Of a stretch of DNA of 26,412 nt, positions 16,056 through 23,135 are shown one piece after another. The translations under genes were made by a program, and so were the position numbers. The DNA comes from an uncultured Moorellales bacterium. Lineage in GTDB: Bacteria; Bacillota; DULZ01. The stretch's first letter is position 1. Every line of letters begins with the position of its first letter. The stretch covers positions 1-26,412 of the forward strand of contig CAZCQT010000001.1 of assembly GCA_964500905.1 (NCBI GenBank). The letters run 5' to 3'. A model generated the notes under the pieces. The model was not told the origin of the DNA and ran no database searches. It saw nothing but the letters and a program-made list of their open reading frames with translations.

Positions 16056-17315
16056 GTGAATAAAAAGATAATTGCCCTGGCAGGTATAGTTCTAATAGCT
16101 GCCGTTATAGGTATAGGTGCCTATCAAGCTGGTATGAAGGCCGGCAAACCTCAATTGCCTCCCCACACGGTAGTCCTGAATCCTAAAGAAACAAGCAATG
16201 AGGTTTTTGGCCAATATTATCCCCGAGAATACGAAAGTTATTTAAAAAATTATGATATGAGCCAAGGACCAAGCGTTTATGGAGGATCTCACGAAAAAAG
16301 CAACTTGGATGTATATCCTTATATGAAGGTTCTTTGGAAGGGCTATGGTTTTGCAGAAGAATACCTGGAAGATCGAGGTCATGTTTACGCCATTGAAGAT
16401 GTAAAAAAGACTAAAAGAAATCCCCCCAGAGCTGTCTGTTGGGTTTGTAAAAGCACAGAAATTCCGCAAACCATTGAAGAAATGGGAGACGCATTTTACA
16501 GCATGCCTTTTAAAGAAGCAGCTGAACGATTTGTCAACCCCATTGGTTGTAGCGATTGCCACGATCCTGAAACTATGAGCCTGAGAATTACGCGGCCTGC
16601 CTTGGTTGAAGCTTTGGAAGAACAAGGGATAAATATAGCAAAGGCCAGCCTGCAAGAAATGCGCTCCTATGTATGTGCCCAATGCCATGTGGAATATTAT
16701 TTTGAAACAGATAATTTTATACCTGTTTTTCCGTGGAAAAACGGTATGGATCCAGAGGATGTATATGAGTATTATCAAGAAATTGACTTTGCCGATTTTA
16801 CACATCCCGATGCGGGTACAAAGCTTTTAAAAGGCCAACATCCTGATTTTGAGATGTTTACTGATGGCCCCCATCAATCCCGAGGGGTATCCTGTGCAGA
16901 CTGTCATATGCCCTATGTAGTAGAGGGCAACACGAAGATATCATCCCATTGGTGGACCAGCCCTTTAAAACAGATGGAAAATTCCTGTGGTGTCTGCCAT
17001 CGCGGCAATATGGATGATTTGCGAGATAGAGTTCTTTATACCCAGGACAGAAATAAGGATTTATTGGATCGGGCTGGACAAGCCAATGTAGAAGCGGTCA
17101 ATGCGATTGCCGCCGCCGGTGAATCGGCAAATGTTGATGAAAAGCTACTGGAGGAAGCCCGAGCCCTACATAGAGAGGGTCAGTGGTATTGGGATTGGGT
17201 CAGTGCAGAAAATAGTATGGGATTTCACAACCCACAAAAGGCGATGAACACCCTGGGAAAATCTATAGATCTTGCAAGTAAGGCCAGAGATTTAGCCAAA
17301 GAGGCTGCCAGATAA
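16056..17315 (+). CDS. nrfA: Pentaheme cytochrome c nitrite reductase (ammonia-forming)
   Basis: CWVCK active-site motif plus CSDCH, CAQCH, CADCH and CGVCH. Catalytic Arg ('DRGH'), Tyr ('CHVEYY') and His ('KGQH'). C-terminal 'AENSMGFHNP'. Confidence 0.96.
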   Translation: MNKKIIALAGIVLIAAVIGIGAYQAGMKAGKPQLPPHTVVLNPKETSNEVFGQYYPREYESYLKNYDMSQGPSVYGGSHEKSNLDVYPYMKVLWKGYGFAEEYLEDRGHVYAIEDVKKTKRNPPRAVCWVCKSTEIPQTIEEMGDAFYSMPFKEAAERFVNPIGCSDCHDPETMSLRITRPALVEALEEQGINIAKASLQEMRSYVCAQCHVEYYFETDNFIPVFPWKNGMDPEDVYEYYQEIDFADFTHPDAGTKLLKGQHPDFEMFTDGPHQSRGVSCADCHMPYVVEGNTKISSHWWTSPLKQMENSCGVCHRGNMDDLRDRVLYTQDRNKDLLDRAGQANVEAVNAIAAAGESANVDEKLLEEARALHREGQWYWDWVSAENSMGFHNPQKAMNTLGKSIDLASKARDLAKEAAR

Positions 17316-17401
17316 TTAAGCCGAGAAAACATTCTTTATCCGTTTGGTTTAACAGCTCTTGTTTTTGAGCAATCTGATCACAGCCTCTTGGCACTATATT
17401 A

Positions 17402-19147
17402 TTAAACTTTAAATTTATTAATCATTTCCGAAGTTTCTTTGGCCACTTTCTCTAAGGAAAGGACTGCCTCTTCAATTTCCCCCATTGAAGCCAATTGTTC
17501 TCTAATCGAGTTGGAGAAAGCATCAGCTGTTTGTGCAGTTTGTGTACCAAACCTTGAAACCTCATTAATAGAGGCAGATATTTCTTCACTGGCCGCACTT
17601 TGCTGCTGTGAAGCAGCACTTATACCCTGAATATTGCTGCCAATCTGCTCTATCCTTTGAATAATGGATTTAATCATTTTTTGGGCTTCTTCAACCTCTT
17701 TTTTACTATGATTAACTGCCTCCCCTGATTCTTGCAAATGGTTGTTTGCAGTTTGTGTTTTATCTGCAAGCTCCTTAATAATCTGAGAAATTTCCTTAGC
17801 AGATTGGGAGGAGTGCTCAGCTAAACCTCTTACTTCCTCTGCGACTACCGCAAACCCCCTACCTGCTTCCCCTGCTCTTTGGGATTCAATAGCTGCATTT
17901 AAAGCTAACATATTTGTTTGAGATGCAATATCATTAATATTACTTACAAAGTTAGTTATCTTGTTAATGGATTCCTTCAGCAATTCAAATACTGTTTCCA
18001 GCTCACTAACTTTATCATGTACATGACTGACCGAGGATACAACCCTATCCATACTGCTACCGGATTCCATTGCCTCTTTAGTCACTTCTTCACTTTCCTC
18101 GAAGGATTCCTGAGTCAAGATAGATATATGAGTAGCACTATTGGCAACCTCTTCCGAACTATGTTTAATTTCTACAAGGTTTTCAGCCAAGGTGGCAGAT
18201 ATACTTACAAGCTCATTTACTTGAGCAGAATTATTAGCCAACACCTGTCTTGTATGCACTATACCTGCAGATATATCAACGGCGGCTTTTTCTAAATCAT
18301 TAGATGAAGCATTAATTTGAGTAAACATTTTTCTTAAATATAATAAAAACGCATTAAATTGGGCTGCTATTTTACCAATGATATCTTCAGATCTAGCCAC
18401 CAATTGATATGTCAGATCACCTTCACCGGAGTTCATATCCTTTAATTGTTTATTAATTTCATTTAAAGGTTTGTTAATCACTCGCCTTGACACAATCCAC
18501 ATAAAGGCCCCCAATAAAACAATAATCAAGCCCCCTGCTAAAAATACGAAGGTGGACATCAATCTTGATTGAGCTATTAAGTCATCCAAAGAAGTCATCA
18601 TACTAAAAACACCGTGAATACCCCCCACAGAGCCGACATGGCAGCCTAGGCAATATTCATCCAATTTGATAGGCATGACATATCTTAAGTATGTACCATT
18701 TTGATCCTCAAGTACCTCATAGCCCTCCAGCAGGTTTTCATCAGCTTTAAACCCTTCTATTACACTTGTTTCCCATTCATCAGCACTATTTTCCTTGTTT
18801 TTAGGACTTTCCGCACTTATCCGCACACTGGTGTTTTCTGCTTTCATTTTATCGGAAAAACTTCGAACAGTGGCAATTGCTTCATACATACCAATGCTGG
18901 CGGCATTGTAGGAGTTAATATTGGTCTGACGCAAAATGTGTTGATGGGTACTTTCCATGTTACCCCAAATGGAATCTAATTGAATAGCAACGCTTCTCAG
19001 CCTGCTAACTTCCTGCTCCATAGGCAGCTCGTTTAAATAGTTAATAATTAAAGCAGATCCGATAAATGTAGAAATAAGAAGAACCAAAACAAAAGGAATT
19101 AATAATTTAACCAATAAGCTTTTTTCCAGAATTTTTTTTAGTTGCAT
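17402..19147 (-). CDS. Methyl-accepting chemotaxis protein with a heme c (DUF3365-like) extracellular sensor domain
   Basis: Likely start ATG 19147 after GAGGTGGGGG. TM1, sensor with '[19 protein letters not shown]', 'LRYVMPI' and 'CLGCH', TM2, HAMP, and signalling tip '[38 protein letters not shown]'. Confidence 0.93.
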   Translation of the reverse strand: MQLKKILEKSLLVKLLIPFVLVLLISTFIGSALIINYLNELPMEQEVSRLRSVAIQLDSIWGNMESTHQHILRQTNINSYNAASIGMYEAIATVRSFSDKMKAENTSVRISAESPKNKENSADEWETSVIEGFKADENLLEGYEVLEDQNGTYLRYVMPIKLDEYCLGCHVGSVGGIHGVFSMMTSLDDLIAQSRLMSTFVFLAGGLIIVLLGAFMWIVSRRVINKPLNEINKQLKDMNSGEGDLTYQLVARSEDIIGKIAAQFNAFLLYLRKMFTQINASSNDLEKAAVDISAGIVHTRQVLANNSAQVNELVSISATLAENLVEIKHSSEEVANSATHISILTQESFEESEEVTKEAMESGSSMDRVVSSVSHVHDKVSELETVFELLKESINKITNFVSNINDIASQTNMLALNAAIESQRAGEAGRGFAVVAEEVRGLAEHSSQSAKEISQIIKELADKTQTANNHLQESGEAVNHSKKEVEEAQKMIKSIIQRIEQIGSNIQGISAASQQQSAASEEISASINEVSRFGTQTAQTADAFSNSIREQLASMGEIEEAVLSLEKVAKETSEMINKFKV

Positions 19148-19172
19148 TTCCCCCACCTCACATCTGTAAAAA

Positions 19173-20204
19173 TTAGTGTATGATGCTTGCCCCTTCAATG
19201 TTCTTTCCTGTTAACGCCTTGTAAGACTGTTGCAATAATTGTGCGGTAAAAAACGGGTTATGGATACCTTTACTTCCATCGTGGTTTATTAAGGTGTAAT
19301 TATAAACCGCTAAATATATTTCTTTTGGAACATTTTCAAAAGGGTTACCCTCTTTATCGTAAAATACAAAAGCTCCTCTGGCAGTTTCAAAGTAACCACC
19401 CTCCAAGCTCTGATTAATTGCTTGCAGCAAAATATTCATCAAACCCAAAACTTCGTCTTGCATCCCTTCAACTACACCATCGCCATCATAATCCTCATTG
19501 GCTTTGATATTGAAATCTACTACATCATCATGGCAGGCACCGCAGATTAATTCTGCATTTTTTGCCTCCATTGCAAAGCTGTGGCTGCGAAAACCCTTGT
19601 CCAGCCTGGGCATATGACAGTCTACGCAGGAGTTATCCAAGCTAATATGACCAAAGGTATTGTTGTATTGCAGCTCCTCATTTAATTTAATACCTCCGGT
19701 GCCGGTTAAAATATCCCCTTGGGAACCATAATGAGGTTCAGACCAACCGGGATCATAAATGTTAGGGTTTACCCTACTGTTGTGACAGCTCATACATAAC
19801 GCTCCTGCCCCTGAGATAGAATTTTCTTTCGTTGGTATACTGATTATTCCGGCTTGTTTTAATTCACCCCCAAAGCCTTGATGGCATGTAAAACAATTTT
19901 GTCCTGCGGATATATGTAAATCTTCGGACTGAACCAGCTGTTGACTAAAAGCCTCCCCGTCATGACAAAGAACACACCCATCCCTGCCTATGGTAGCCGC
20001 TACCGGATTTGCATGAGCTGATTCAGACCATTGCTTAAATATTTGATCTGAAGATGAAATTAATGAAAAGTCTTTAGCAGCACCGATTTTTGGTAAATTA
20101 TCTCCTTTCTTAAATTCCAGCTCCCTAACCAGACTACTAGTACATCCCTGGAATAAAACAACAGCAACTATAATAGCTAAAAATATCACTATGTACCTTT
20201 TCAT
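19173..20204 (-). CDS. Pentaheme cytochrome c, probable lipoprotein, NrfA/c552-like architecture without the CxxCK motif
   Basis: Likely start ATG 20204. Signal [20 protein letters not shown]|C. Motifs CVLCH, CFTCH, CMSCH, CVDCH and CGACH, a DYDGDG motif, and C-terminal 'DGSKGIHNP'. Confidence 0.88.
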   Translation of the reverse strand: MKRYIVIFLAIIVAVVLFQGCTSSLVRELEFKKGDNLPKIGAAKDFSLISSSDQIFKQWSESAHANPVAATIGRDGCVLCHDGEAFSQQLVQSEDLHISAGQNCFTCHQGFGGELKQAGIISIPTKENSISGAGALCMSCHNSRVNPNIYDPGWSEPHYGSQGDILTGTGGIKLNEELQYNNTFGHISLDNSCVDCHMPRLDKGFRSHSFAMEAKNAELICGACHDDVVDFNIKANEDYDGDGVVEGMQDEVLGLMNILLQAINQSLEGGYFETARGAFVFYDKEGNPFENVPKEIYLAVYNYTLINHDGSKGIHNPFFTAQLLQQSYKALTGKNIEGASIIH

Positions 20205-20375
20205 TAACTTGCCCATCCCCTTTTTAAATTCAGAACCGGATAATAACAAATATTATTAGTATTTTACCTTCAACATATTTAGCTAAAATCCTCCTTTTTT
20301 TGCAGCTATTGCTTGATATCAGACAGCAATTTTTGACGTCCCACTATTATAGCCGCCCACTTTTAGATGCAGTCA

Positions 20376-20384
20376 TGATATAAT
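20376..20384 (+). promoter_or_regulatory. Extended -10 element for ung
   Basis: TGATATAAT at 20376-20384, 17 nt before the ATG at 20402 and just upstream of its GAGGTGA RBS. Confidence 0.55.
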
Positions 20385-20401
20385 TGCTTGAGGTGAGTAA
20401 A

Positions 20402-21076
20402 ATGCAAATTTTAAAAAACGGCTGGCAGGAGTTACTTGGTGCCGAATTTAACAAAGAATACTATTTACGCCTACGGGAATTTTTAATTAAAGAGTATCGG
20501 ACTAAAACAATCTACCCGGATGTATATGATGTCTATAACGCCTTACATTACACCGACTATGAAAAGGTCAAAATTGTTATTCTAGGTCAAGATCCCTATC
20601 ATGGTCCTAACCAAGCCCATGGTCTGAGTTTTTCTGTTAAGCCCGGAATTAAGCCGCCGCCATCTTTAATCAATATCTTTAAAGAGCTTCAAAATGACTT
20701 AGGCTGTTTCATACCAAACAACGGCTATTTAAAAAAATGGGCGGATCAGGGGGTACTGCTTTTAAATGCCTCCTTAACTGTCAGAGCAGGACAAGCAAAT
20801 TCTCATAGTAATATAGGTTGGGAGCAATTTACGGCTAAAGTTATTTCCCTTTTAAACGGTAGGGAAGATCCTGTAGTTTTTATTCTTTGGGGAAAAAATG
20901 CTCAGTCAAAGCAAAGTTTAATAACAGAATCCCGTCACTTAATTCTTAAATCGGTTCATCCCAGTCCATTATCCGCCCACGCCGGTTTTTTTGGTAGCAG
21001 ACCATTTTCCAGAACTAATAATTTTCTTATTTCTCATAATAAAACCCCTATTGACTGGCAGATTGATAACATTTAG
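20402..21076 (+). CDS. ung: Uracil-DNA glycosylase (family 1)
   Basis: 'GQDPYHG', 'GVLLLN', 'LWG' and 'HPSPLS' motifs. Confidence 0.97.
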   Translation: MQILKNGWQELLGAEFNKEYYLRLREFLIKEYRTKTIYPDVYDVYNALHYTDYEKVKIVILGQDPYHGPNQAHGLSFSVKPGIKPPPSLINIFKELQNDLGCFIPNNGYLKKWADQGVLLLNASLTVRAGQANSHSNIGWEQFTAKVISLLNGREDPVVFILWGKNAQSKQSLITESRHLILKSVHPSPLSAHAGFFGSRPFSRTNNFLISHNKTPIDWQIDNI

Positions 21077-21109
21077 GAAGGCAGGAATTGCGTTCTTGCC
21101 CTCCTAAAT
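21071..21109 (+). terminator. Hairpin after ung, probable terminator
   Basis: ATTTAGGAAGGCAGGAA pairs with TTCTTGCCCTCCTAAAT with one mismatch and one G-U. T-rich sequence follows. Confidence 0.7.
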
Positions 21110-21228
21110 GTTTAAATTCTTTTATCGTAATGTTTTTTCTATAGACACTAAAAAACAAGCACCTGCAACAAAAAAATCCACGGGGACTTGAACCACTGCA
21201 CAATAGATTTAAATAGCTGTCTTTTAGA

Positions 21229-21256
21229 TTGATTTTTACTAACTGTATCTTATAAT
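21229..21256 (+). promoter_or_regulatory. Sigma-A-type promoter for the kinase/CDF-like operon
   Basis: TTGATT-N16-TATAAT. The ORF starts at GTG 21346 behind GGAGG. Confidence 0.6.
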
Positions 21257-21345
21257 AAAAGGTGGAAAACCTAAACAACTGTATCGGTAGATGAAAAAAT
21301 GGTTAAAAATATGTTGAGATAAAAAGTCATCGGAGGAAAACCAAA

Positions 21346-22059
21346 GTGATTGCATTTTTATTTGATTTTTCAAAACTTCTTGTATATTTTGTTACTTGTG
21401 CATCTTGTGCTTTAGCAATTCGGTTATTTACACAAGTTCCTGAAGAGCTATACCGAAAGACACTTCATTTTATTTTACTTGGTTCAGCACCTGTTCTTTT
21501 GTATCTATTTGACAGCTGGCATAATGCGGTATTAGCATCAGTTGTATTTGCAGCACTGGTATATCCAGCTTTAACCTTAGCAGAAAAACTAGAGGGGTAC
21601 TCAAATATTCTTGCGGAGCGGGACGGCGGTGAAATAAAAAGAAGTCTCATTGCAGTATTTGGAATGTTTGCCGCCGTAATCTGGATATGTTGGGGAATAT
21701 TTGGAGCAAAATATCTTGCACTGGCTGTGATTCTGGGCTGGGGGCTTGGAGATGCCGCCGCTGCATTAGTAGGGAAAAAGTTCGGTAAACATCATCTGGA
21801 AGGTAAATTTATTGACGGCAAAAAGACTATTGAAGGTGCTGTAGCCATGTTTATCGTTTCCTTTATCACAGTTATTATTGTGTTACTTTTAAGCACCAAT
21901 CTTCCTTGGTATGGCCATATATCAGTTGCGATTATTACCGCCGGTGTTAATTCAATCGTAGAATTAAATACAAAGAATGGATTTGATACACTAACTTGTC
22001 CGGCAGCCACATTGGCAACTATGCTTCCCCTTCTTTATTTGTGTGGTGGAATAATGTGA
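21346..22059 (+). CDS. Membrane lipid kinase-like protein (polyprenol/phytol/DAG kinase, CTP_transf_1 superfamily)
   Basis: 'ELYRKTLHF', 'GLGDAAAALVGKKFGKH', 'KKTIEGAVAMF' and 'ELNTKNGFDTL' follow the dolichol/phytol kinase pattern. Confidence 0.8.
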   Translation: MIAFLFDFSKLLVYFVTCASCALAIRLFTQVPEELYRKTLHFILLGSAPVLLYLFDSWHNAVLASVVFAALVYPALTLAEKLEGYSNILAERDGGEIKRSLIAVFGMFAAVIWICWGIFGAKYLALAVILGWGLGDAAAALVGKKFGKHHLEGKFIDGKKTIEGAVAMFIVSFITVIIVLLLSTNLPWYGHISVAIITAGVNSIVELNTKNGFDTLTCPAATLATMLPLLYLCGGIM

Positions 22060-22703
22060 AAAAAACAGAGCAGTCAGGTGCACGAACATTATTGCTTTCA
22101 GTATTATTAAGTTCACCGGGACCTATAGTTGTAGGTATTGGGGTACTTATGGGGAGAAGTTCCACCCAACTTGCAGATTTTATCCGTCGTACGGCAGAAC
22201 TGTGTGCTATTTTAGTCTCTTATTTTATCTATCGCATTCTTCACCAAGGTGAAGCAAGCCGAAGGGCCCTTGATAAAGAAAGACTGGAGGGTATAGCAAA
22301 CCTTTGTGTAGGTGGGGCTATGTGTCTTTCCGGACTGGCTATGCTCTTTATCGCTCTCTTCGGGGGAAGCACTGAAAAAGGAACTGTAATACCCGGGCTG
22401 ATAATCGCCTCCCTTGGCCTCGCTACAAATTCATGGTTCTGGTTACGATATGCAAGGCTGGCTAAACAGAGTGGCAATTCCATTCTTTCTGTGCAAAGTC
22501 GCCTTTACCGTGCGAAATCCCTGGTAGACGCTTGTGTATTCATCGTGCTATTGATTATGACAGTTGCACCTCTTTCAACGGCGGCATACTGGGCTGATCT
22601 TGGCGGCTCAATTATCGTATCAGTTTACCTTATTGCAAATGGATTTATTATTTTGAAACAACAAAAGATATTTATGTTTAAAGTAAGACAACAAAAGGGT
22701 TAA
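22056..22703 (+). CDS. Cation-diffusion-facilitator-like transmembrane-domain protein with no cytoplasmic domain and an atypical metal site
   Basis: GTG 22056 overlaps the upstream TGA. Six TMs. 'RSSTQLADFIRRTAE', 'ERLEGIANL' and 'SILSVQSRLYRAK' align by eye to CDF TM2, TM3 and TM5. Confidence 0.72.
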   Translation: MKKTEQSGARTLLLSVLLSSPGPIVVGIGVLMGRSSTQLADFIRRTAELCAILVSYFIYRILHQGEASRRALDKERLEGIANLCVGGAMCLSGLAMLFIALFGGSTEKGTVIPGLIIASLGLATNSWFWLRYARLAKQSGNSILSVQSRLYRAKSLVDACVFIVLLIMTVAPLSTAAYWADLGGSIIVSVYLIANGFIILKQQKIFMFKVRQQKG

Positions 22704-22704
22704 T

Positions 22705-22745
22705 AAAAACCCCAAAACCCATATCATAAGGTTTTGGGGTTTTTT
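22705..22745. terminator. Bidirectional Rho-independent terminator
   Basis: AAAAACCCCAAAACC / GGTTTTGGGGTTTTT, a perfect 15-bp inverted repeat immediately after the stop at 22703. Confidence 0.9.
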
Positions 22746-22887
22746 GTTGTCAAAAGTTCAGCTACACAACATTTGCAATTCAGAAGTCTGGTTCATAGTA
22801 GCATCAATGAAGGTGGAAAATGGACATTGCCGGTCAAGGATTAGCCCACAGCCTACAGTCGAATTATAGCTTCCTTTGCTGATGAAT

Positions 22888-23135
22888 TTATAGCTCAAGA
22901 GCCGGCAATAGCCCGCTAAATAGGGCGTCTACATTTGCAGACAGTCCGCTGAAAACTTTTGATACGGCAATAGCGTCTTTTTCAAAAAACTTAACCAAGC
23001 TAATTTCCCGATGAGCAAAAACATAAATCATTATACTTTCCTGCTTCGGATCAATAATCCAATACTCTTGCACTCCTGAGAGTCTGTACGTATCAAGTTT
23101 AGGGCAAACAACTGAGATACCCCTACTTCCGAGTT
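22888..23135 (-). pseudogene. C-terminal fragment of a Uma2-family (PD-(D/E)xK) endonuclease-like protein
   Basis: 'KLDTYRLSGVQEYWIIDPKQESIMIY' is the typical Uma2 C-terminal motif. The N-terminal half is absent, and the ATG at 23163 lies inside the DUF3160 gene. Confidence 0.7.

Noticed and set aside
17316-17401. Possible terminator between convergent nrfA and MCP genes
   Set aside because: Only short, weak stems (for example GCTC/GAGC) are present, with no convincing stem plus U-tract.
19148-19198. Longer ORF-track starts for the MCP (19198), cytochrome (20249), DUF3160 (25397), ung (20384), spoVAE (15059), CDF-like gene (21996) and membrane protein (7287)
   Set aside because: In each case a downstream start has a better RBS or coupling overlap and puts the signal or TM segment at the N-terminus.
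20314-20322. TTGATATCAG region as an Fnr box
   Set aside because: The half-sites abut with no 4-nt spacer, so it does not match TTGAT-N4-ATCAA. Kept only as a generic palindrome.
21176-21200. Minus-strand GGTTCAAGTCC resembles a tRNA T-loop (possible tRNA or att remnant)
   Set aside because: The flanking 5-bp T-stem has two mismatches. No acceptor stem, anticodon arm, CCA end or nearby integrase is present.
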